This document shows, piece by piece, positions 27,340-33,367 of a stretch of 33,367 nucleotides of DNA. The translations under genes were made by a program, and so were the position numbers. Under the pieces are notes generated by a model. It had not been told where the DNA came from. It ran no database searches and saw only the letters and a program-made list of their open reading frames with translations. The DNA is taken from positions 1 to 33,367 of the forward strand of contig JAVBOJ010000131.1 in assembly GCA_031550755.1 (NCBI GenBank), written 5' to 3'. How positions within the stretch are numbered: position 1 is the first letter of the stretch; each line of letters starts with the position of its first letter. The stretch is from Oscillospiraceae bacterium (GTDB lineage Bacteria > Bacillota > Clostridia > Oscillospirales > UBA929).

Positions 27340-28947
27340 ATGCGGCTGACCGGCGCACAAATCATCACGGAGGTTCTGGCCGAGCAGGGTGTGTCCACCG
27401 TGTTCGGGGTGCCGGGCAACAGCGTGCTGTCGCTGTACGACGCGCTGCATCAAAACCGCCACGGCATCCGGCATATCCTCACCTGCCACGAGCAGGCCGC
27501 CGCCCACGCCGCCGACGGATACGCCCGCGTGACCGGACGTCCCGGCGTCGTCATCGCCACCTCCGGCCCCGGCGCGACCAATCTCGTGACCGGGCTGGCC
27601 GCCGCGATGATGGATTCCTCGCCGGTTGTGGCCATCACCGGCAATGTGCCGACCACCCTGCTGGGACGCGACAGCTTCCAGGAGGTGGATATTTTCGGCG
27701 TCACCCTGCCGATCACCAAACACAACTATATAGTCAAGCGGATCGACGCGCTGGCCGATACCCTGCGGGAGGCGTTTTTCTGGGCGGGCGCGGGTCGTCC
27801 CGGCCCGTTGCTGGTCGATGTCCCGCGCGATATTCAGGCGGCGGAGTGCGAGTTTACCCCCCAAACGCCCCGGGTCTATGCTGCGCCGGCGGCGTCGGAG
27901 GACACGCTGCGCGCGGCGGCGGCGCTGTTGGCGCAAGCCAAACGCCCGCTGCTGTTTGCCGGCGGCGGTGTGCTGCGCGGAGGCGCCGAGGCGGAATTTC
28001 TCGCGCTGGCGCGGGCGCTGGACGCCCCGGCGGCCATGAGCTTTATGGCGCTGTCCGCCCTGCCGCCGGACGAGCCGCTTTCCCTTGGCCTGCTGGGGAT
28101 GCACGGCACGCCGCAGGCCGTCCGGGCGCTGCGGGAGGCCGACGTGATTTTGGCCGCCGGGACACGGTTCTCCGACCGCGTGGCGGGGGAAGCCTTTGCG
28201 CCGCAAGCGAAGCTGATCCATCTGGACATCGACGCGGCCGAGCTGTCCAAAAATGTCCCGGCCGCCCTCTCCCTGCGCGGCGACGCGAAAAAATCGCTGG
28301 CGGGGCTGTTGTCTCTCCTGCCGCCGGCCGCCCGGCCGGACTGGCGCGCGCGGGTGGATTCCTTCCGGGAGTCCGCGCCGTCCGCCCCCGGCCTGTCGCC
28401 GGAAACCGTTCTGCGGCAGCTGTATCAGGCCATGGGGGACGCCGCCGTGGTGGCCACCGACGTCGGCCAGCACCAGATGTGGACCGGGCAGTATTATCCC
28501 CTCGCGCGGCCGCGTGCGCTGGTTTCGTCGGGCGGACTGGGGGCGATGGGCTTCGGCATGGGCGCGGCCATCGGCGCGTGTCTGGCACAAAAAAACGCGC
28601 CGACACTGCTCGTGACCGGCGACGGGAGCTTTCATATGAACCTGTCCGAGCTGGCCACGGCGGTGCGCTACCGACTGCCTATAGTCATCGCCGTGATGCA
28701 CAACGGTGCGCTTGGTATGGTGCGCCAATGGCAAGCCCTGCTGTTTGACGGGCGGTATGCCGAGAGTTCTCCAGAACGAACGACCGATTTTGTAAAGGTG
28801 GCCGAGGGATTTGGGGCGCGCGGAGCGCGGGTGACGTCGCCGGAGGAGTTGGCGGCGGCGCTTTCCATTGTGCCGCAGCTGACCGGGCCGTATGTGCTCG
28901 AGATCCCAATCGACCCGGACGAGCGCGTTTTACCTGTCAACATATAG
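27340..28947 (+). CDS. ilvB: Acetolactate synthase (AHAS) large subunit
   Basis: LTGAQII, HEQAAAHAADGYAR, TSGPGATN, GRDSFQEVD, LGMHG, TDVGQHQMW, ThDP motif GDGSFHMN...N, LGMVRQWQ; ATG 27340 after GAAAGG. Confidence 0.93.
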   Translation: MRLTGAQIITEVLAEQGVSTVFGVPGNSVLSLYDALHQNRHGIRHILTCHEQAAAHAADGYARVTGRPGVVIATSGPGATNLVTGLAAAMMDSSPVVAITGNVPTTLLGRDSFQEVDIFGVTLPITKHNYIVKRIDALADTLREAFFWAGAGRPGPLLVDVPRDIQAAECEFTPQTPRVYAAPAASEDTLRAAAALLAQAKRPLLFAGGGVLRGGAEAEFLALARALDAPAAMSFMALSALPPDEPLSLGLLGMHGTPQAVRALREADVILAAGTRFSDRVAGEAFAPQAKLIHLDIDAAELSKNVPAALSLRGDAKKSLAGLLSLLPPAARPDWRARVDSFRESAPSAPGLSPETVLRQLYQAMGDAAVVATDVGQHQMWTGQYYPLARPRALVSSGGLGAMGFGMGAAIGACLAQKNAPTLLVTGDGSFHMNLSELATAVRYRLPIVIAVMHNGALGMVRQWQALLFDGRYAESSPERTTDFVKVAEGFGARGARVTSPEELAAALSIVPQLTGPYVLEIPIDPDERVLPVNI

Positions 28948-28963
28948 AATTGCGGTGAAATTT

Positions 28964-29440
28964 GTGGAACAAAAATATATTTTGTCGGTTCTTGTTCGCA
29001 ACCAATACGGCGTCCTGACCAGAGTAGCCGGGCTCTTCGCGCGCAGGGGTTACAACATCGACTCGCTGTCGGTCGGCGAAACGGAGGATCCCGCCGTGTC
29101 GCGCATGACCGTTGTGTCCACCTGCGACGCGCCGACCCGCGACCAGATGATGCAGCAGCTCTTAAAGCTGCACGACGTCATCTCGGTGTCGCATCTGCCG
29201 CGCGACGCGGCGGTGACCCGCGAGCTGCTGCTGCTCAAACTGCTCGCGCCGGAGGACAGCCGCTCGTCCATCTTGGAGGCGGCGGGGGTGTTCCGCGCCA
29301 AGGTTATAGACCTTTCGCCAAGCTCCATCACGCTGGAGCTCACAGGCGACAGCTCCAAAATCGACGCCTTCATCACGTTTATGCGGCAATACAGCGTCGC
29401 CGAGCTGTGCCGTACGGGCCTGACGGCGATGAGCAGATAA
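28964..29440 (+). CDS. ilvN: Acetolactate synthase small (ACT regulatory) subunit
   Basis: LSVLVRNQYGVLTRVAGLFARRGYNIDSLSVGETE, FRAKVID, LCRTG; GTG start at 28964. Confidence 0.92.
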   Translation: MEQKYILSVLVRNQYGVLTRVAGLFARRGYNIDSLSVGETEDPAVSRMTVVSTCDAPTRDQMMQQLLKLHDVISVSHLPRDAAVTRELLLLKLLAPEDSRSSILEAAGVFRAKVIDLSPSSITLELTGDSSKIDAFITFMRQYSVAELCRTGLTAMSR

Positions 29441-29487
29441 CAATGAACAGATAACAGATAACAGATAAGGACGCGGGGCGCGATGTT
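29434..29487 (-). repeat. Repeat family B arm ((AACAGAT)n-AAGGACGCGGGGCGCGATGTT), left flank of the orphan gene
   Basis: Near-perfect reverse complement of 30485-30531; contains the ilvN stop codon. Confidence 0.85.
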
Positions 29488-29514
29488 GCTGAATTAAAGT
29501 ATCAATGGTATAAT
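29486..29514 (+). promoter_or_regulatory. Sigma-A promoter for the orphan gene
   Basis: TTGCTG (29486-29491), 17 bp spacer, extended TGg-TATAAT (29509-29514). Confidence 0.7.
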
Positions 29515-29549
29515 CGACACAAATTATCCAATAGTGAGGTGCAAGGAAC

Positions 29550-30440
29550 ATGACAGGGGGAAAAACGGATAAAAAAGGTATGGCGGTTTGGGTACCGATC
29601 GGCATTTCTTTTCTGGCGTTGCTGGTAAGCGTTTTCAGCCTTTTCGTGGGCATAGAGCAAAAAAACATAGCTGCCAGAGCGACCGACATAACGGAAGCGC
29701 AGAAGGTTTTGGCGGAGCGCCAACTTGATATTGACAAAATGCCCAAACTTGTTCTGTGGACGGACACGGAGGACGTCTATGAAGGAGATACTTATACCAA
29801 ACAAACCATTGTCATTGAAAATGAGGGAGAATACATCAGCGAGGGCCAATTGAAAATCTATATGTTTTATGATTACCTTGTGACAACGCCCCATACATCC
29901 TACAAGTTCGGCATCATTATGCCGAACCAGTTTCTTAAGCAGGAATATACCGGTAATTTTGACAGACTTGCGGCGCGTCCGTACGACACGAAGAACAAAT
30001 GCTTCACCATACAATACGAAACAAGAAAAAGCTATGAGCTGAATCAATTTGAGGGGCTGGACAAAACGGGGCACAATATACGAGAGTATCTCAAAGGGGT
30101 TAAAAATCAAGGGTCTCCCCTACATTGCGTACAGAACCAGTCCATATACTTTTCCATCAGCTATCTGGATATTGAGCGGCAGGCGCACCAATATTGGTAC
30201 AGATACGATCCGGAAGAATGCACTTGGTTAGCCGCAAAAACTTACGAGCCAAACATGAGGGAGCCGCGCATCACAGAATACGCGGATTTTTTGGAATATC
30301 TCAACGTGCATGATATGTATATCGCGAGATGTCTCGGATACAACGATTCACAAATCGTGGAATTGTTGGACCTGGACGCGTCGTATATTCAGCTTGCGGA
30401 GGATAAGTTCATACGCGATCTGAAAAAATTCTTCCGGTGA
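29550..30440 (+). CDS. Hypothetical protein with an N-terminal membrane anchor; AT-rich, probably horizontally acquired
   Basis: 296 aa ORF, GAGGTG/AAGGA RBS, own promoter, TM segment VWVPIGISFLALLVSVFSLFVGI; codon use visibly more AT-rich than its neighbours. Confidence 0.8.
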   Translation: MTGGKTDKKGMAVWVPIGISFLALLVSVFSLFVGIEQKNIAARATDITEAQKVLAERQLDIDKMPKLVLWTDTEDVYEGDTYTKQTIVIENEGEYISEGQLKIYMFYDYLVTTPHTSYKFGIIMPNQFLKQEYTGNFDRLAARPYDTKNKCFTIQYETRKSYELNQFEGLDKTGHNIREYLKGVKNQGSPLHCVQNQSIYFSISYLDIERQAHQYWYRYDPEECTWLAAKTYEPNMREPRITEYADFLEYLNVHDMYIARCLGYNDSQIVELLDLDASYIQLAEDKFIRDLKKFFR

Positions 30441-30447
30441 GTGGCTA

Positions 30448-30546
30448 AACAATTAAGAACAGATAACAGATAGGGATACGGGAGAACGTCGCGCCCCGCG
30501 TCCCTATCTGTTATCTGTTCATTGTTATCTGTTATCTGTTATCTGT
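30448..30546. repeat. Complete repeat family B hairpin between convergent genes
   Basis: GAACAGATAACAGATAGGGA...TCCCTATCTGTTATCTGTTC 20 bp perfect stem plus extensions and extra TATCTGT units; contains the ABC gene stop. Confidence 0.85.
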
Positions 30547-32270
30547 CCAAGCTGTGCCGCGCACAGCTTGGCGTACGTTCCCTCTTTTGCCAGCAGCTCT
30601 TCGTGCTTGCCCTCCTGGGTGATCCGGCCGTCCTCGAGCACATAGATGCGGTCGGCGCGGCGGACGGTGCTCAGCCGGTGGGCGATGACCACCATGGTGC
30701 GGCGTCCCACGAGCTTTTGAATGGCCTCCTGGATTTCGGCCTCGGTCTCGGTGTCCACCGAGGCGGTGGCCTCGGCGAGGATGAGGATGGGCGCGTCGCG
30801 CAGCACGGCGCGGGCGATGCTGATGCGCTGCTTCTGCCCGCCGGACAGGCGGATGCCCCGTTCGCCGATGGCAGTCTCGTACCCCTCGGGCAGACCGTCG
30901 ATAAAGTCGTGGATACAGGCGGTTTTGGCCGCCTCGCGGATCTGTTCCGCGGTCGCGCCGGGCAGCCCGTAGGCGATATTTTCGGCAATCGTGCCGTGGA
31001 ACAAAAACACATCCTGCAGCACGACGCTCATCTGCTCGCGCAGCGAATGCACCGTAAAGGAGCGGGCATCCTGCCCGTCGATGCGCACCGCGCCCTCGAC
31101 CGGGTCGTAAAACCGCGCCAGCAGCGAGATCAGCGTTGTTTTGCCGACGCCGGTCGGCCCTACCAGCGCAATCATTTGCCCCGGTTCGGCCTGTATGCTC
31201 ACATGGCTCAAAATCGGCTGGTTTTCCTCATAGGAGAACGAGACGTCGGCCAGCTCGATTTTCCCTTTGCCGCGCGGACGCTCCACCGCGCCGGGCTTAT
31301 CGGCGATATCGGGCTGGGTGTCCAGCACCTCAAAGACCCGCTCGGCGCCGACAATGGCCTGCGACAGCTCCTCGCTGACCCGCGCCAGCGCCGCCACGGG
31401 CGCGTAAAACAGGCTGAGATACATGAGAAATCCGACGATGTCGGGGATGCTGAGATTGCCGTGAATGGCCATGACGCCGCCGAAGCCCATGACGATGACG
31501 GTGCCCAGTCCGGTGATGAACTCCATGGTCGGATGAAAGACCGCCGACATGCGCAGGGCGCGCAGCACGGCCTTTGTGTATGTCTCGGACTTGCGCTCCA
31601 CCCGGTTTTTTTCCCGGCTCTGGGCGTTGAAGGCCTGAATTTCCCGCATTCCGGAGAAATTGTCCGCCACGGCGGCGCTCATTTCGGCCAGCTTTTCCTG
31701 CGCCTTTTTGAAGTTGGGGCGCACTTTTTTTGTGAACAGCCATGCGCCCACAAAGATCAGCGGCACCGGAATCAGGGTCAGCAGCGTCAGCGTCGGCTGG
31801 ATGGTGAACAGAATGACCGTGACGCCGACGATGATGAGCACATTGGTGACGATATCCGGGATGACGTGCGCCACAAGCATTTCCAGTAGCGCCACATCGT
31901 TTACCGCGCGCGAGAGCAGCGCACCGGTCTGCTTGTCGCGGTAATAGGACAGCGACAGCTTTTGCAGATGGTCATAGACGGTCACCCGCAGCGCGGACAC
32001 GACGCGCCACGCCGCGACATGGGCGTAATATTGATATCCGTAGCGGAACACGGCGCGCAGCAGATAGGCCGCCGCCAAAATCAGCGCCAGCCGGACGACC
32101 TGCGGAATCAGCGACACGCCGGGATTTCCGGTCAGCAGGGCGGTCAGCTCGCGGATGAGCCACGGCGCGACGAGGTTCATGCCGGTGATGCCCAGCAGCG
32201 ACGCGCCGGCCAGCAGCAGCAGCTTCCAATGGGTTTTGGCGTAGGACAACAGCCGGAAGAGATGTTTCAT
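30525..32270 (-). CDS. ABC exporter, fused TMD-NBD (MsbA/Sav1866-like)
   Basis: Six-TM domain, Walker A GPTGVGKTT, Q-loop VLQD, signature LSGGQKQR, H-loop IAHRLST; Walker B reads ILILAE. Confidence 0.93.
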   Translation of the reverse strand: MKHLFRLLSYAKTHWKLLLLAGASLLGITGMNLVAPWLIRELTALLTGNPGVSLIPQVVRLALILAAAYLLRAVFRYGYQYYAHVAAWRVVSALRVTVYDHLQKLSLSYYRDKQTGALLSRAVNDVALLEMLVAHVIPDIVTNVLIIVGVTVILFTIQPTLTLLTLIPVPLIFVGAWLFTKKVRPNFKKAQEKLAEMSAAVADNFSGMREIQAFNAQSREKNRVERKSETYTKAVLRALRMSAVFHPTMEFITGLGTVIVMGFGGVMAIHGNLSIPDIVGFLMYLSLFYAPVAALARVSEELSQAIVGAERVFEVLDTQPDIADKPGAVERPRGKGKIELADVSFSYEENQPILSHVSIQAEPGQMIALVGPTGVGKTTLISLLARFYDPVEGAVRIDGQDARSFTVHSLREQMSVVLQDVFLFHGTIAENIAYGLPGATAEQIREAAKTACIHDFIDGLPEGYETAIGERGIRLSGGQKQRISIARAVLRDAPILILAEATASVDTETEAEIQEAIQKLVGRRTMVVIAHRLSTVRRADRIYVLEDGRITQEGKHEELLAKEGTYAKLCAAQLGQITDNR

Positions 32271-32295
32271 GGGTGGATCTCCTTGTGTATGTATT

Positions 32296-32360
32296 GGGAC
32301 GGGTGGGGATGTTGGCGCGTCGCACCGCGTCCCTATCTGTTATGGGTTATATGTTCTCTG
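32296..32360 (+). repeat. Degenerate repeat family B copy
   Basis: GGGACGGGTG...CACCGCGTCCC-TATCTGT-TATGGGT-TATATGT-TCTCTG; contains the rmuC stop. Confidence 0.7.
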
Positions 32361-33367
32361 CCTCTTCCTCTCCGCCGAGCAGCGCCCGGCTCTCGGCCTC
32401 GGGCAGGGAGGACACCTCGCGCAGATGGCGCTGGATGACCCGCGTGCGGGTGCCCACCAGCTTGCCCAGTTCATCCTCGGCCTGATGCAGACGGTTTTGC
32501 GCCTGCGCCAGCACGGCGGCAAACTTGTCAAACTCGGTTTTCACCGCCCCAAGCACCTGCCAGACCTCCGCCGAGCGCTTTTGCACCGCCAGCGTCTGAA
32601 AGCCCATTTGCAGCGCGTTGAGCAGGGCGGCCAGCGTCGTCGGCCCGGCGATGTTGATTTTGAATTCCCGCTGGAGCGCCTCGGCATACCCGCGCCGCAC
32701 CACCTCGGCATACAGCCCCTCCACCGGCAAAAACAGCACGGCGAAATCGGTCGTATAGGGCGGGGCGATGTATTTTTCGCTGACGTCGCGGGCGAACTGC
32801 CGCAGCGCCGCTTTTAATGTGGCGGCGGACGACTCGACCTGGGCGGAGTCGCCCGCGTCGTAGGCCGCCAGCAGTTTTTCATACGGATCCTGCGGGAATT
32901 TGGCGTCGATGGGCAGCCAGACGGGCTCCTTGCCGTCGCCGGGGAGCTTCACGGCGAACTCCACCCGCTCGCGCGCGCCGGGGCGCACCGCCACATTGGT
33001 ATCATATTGCTCGGGCGACAAAAGTTGCTCCAAAATCGCGCCGAGCTGGATTTCGCCCAACATGCCGCGGGTTTTGACGTTGGACAGCACCCGCTTGAGG
33101 TCGCCCACGCCGGCGGCCAAATTTTGCATCTCACCGAGACCTTTGTAGACCTCCTCCAGGCGCTGGCTGACCAGCTGGAAGGACTGCCCGATGCGCTCCT
33201 CCAGCGTTTTTTGCAGGCGCTGATCGACCGTCTCGCGGATGGATTCCAGTTTTTTCTCATTGTCCTCGCGCAGGGCTTGCAGCCGCCGCTCGAGGGTTTC
33301 GCGCAGCTCGTTGTGTTGGGTGGCGAAGCCGGCCAGCCGCGCGTCCAGCCGGGCGACACTCTCGCCC
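32347..33367 (-). CDS. rmuC: DNA recombination protein RmuC (5' end outside the window)
   Basis: LSNVKTRGMLGEIQL, LPIDAKFP, KYIAPPYTTDFAVLFLPVEGLYAEV, GPTTL; the frame stays open to the window edge. Confidence 0.93.
   Translation of the reverse strand, partial: GESVARLDARLAGFATQHNELRETLERRLQALREDNEKKLESIRETVDQRLQKTLEERIGQSFQLVSQRLEEVYKGLGEMQNLAAGVGDLKRVLSNVKTRGMLGEIQLGAILEQLLSPEQYDTNVAVRPGARERVEFAVKLPGDGKEPVWLPIDAKFPQDPYEKLLAAYDAGDSAQVESSAATLKAALRQFARDVSEKYIAPPYTTDFAVLFLPVEGLYAEVVRRGYAEALQREFKINIAGPTTLAALLNALQMGFQTLAVQKRSAEVWQVLGAVKTEFDKFAAVLAQAQNRLHQAEDELGKLVGTRTRVIQRHLREVSSLPEAESRALLGGEEEAENI

Overview
High-GC chromosome segment from a motile, probably spore-forming Bacillota (Clostridia-like, inferred from spoVB-, ymaF- and SLH-type genes and sigma-A/sigma-28 promoters). 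From left to right: a very large beta-strand-rich protein of unknown function; tRNA-Thr(GGT) and tRNA-Asp(GTC); a SatP/GPR1-FUN34-YaaH carboxylate transporter behind a Leu/Ile/Val-rich leader-peptide attenuator missed by the ORF track; an orphan KdpD/KdpE-like two-component pair divergent from an F0F1 ATPase operon (atpBEFHAGDC) that runs into motAB; pit plus DUF47; an SLH protein; a YmaF-domain repeat protein; a SpoVB-like flippase; fliD-fliS-flgN/fliT-like; a glyoxalase; a WsfD-like membrane protein; ilvBN; an AT-rich orphan gene bracketed by heptamer hairpin repeats; an ABC exporter with a Walker B Asp-to-Ala change; and a partial rmuC. The best leads are (1) branched-chain amino acid attenuation of a SatP transporter, (2) apparent KdpE-type control of an ATPase-stator operon with no kdpFABC in view, (3) two dispersed structured repeat families, one supplying stop codons and flanking a foreign gene, and (4) the giant protein and an adhesin-stalk-like insert in FliD. 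Family assignments come from recognising motifs by eye; no database search was run.
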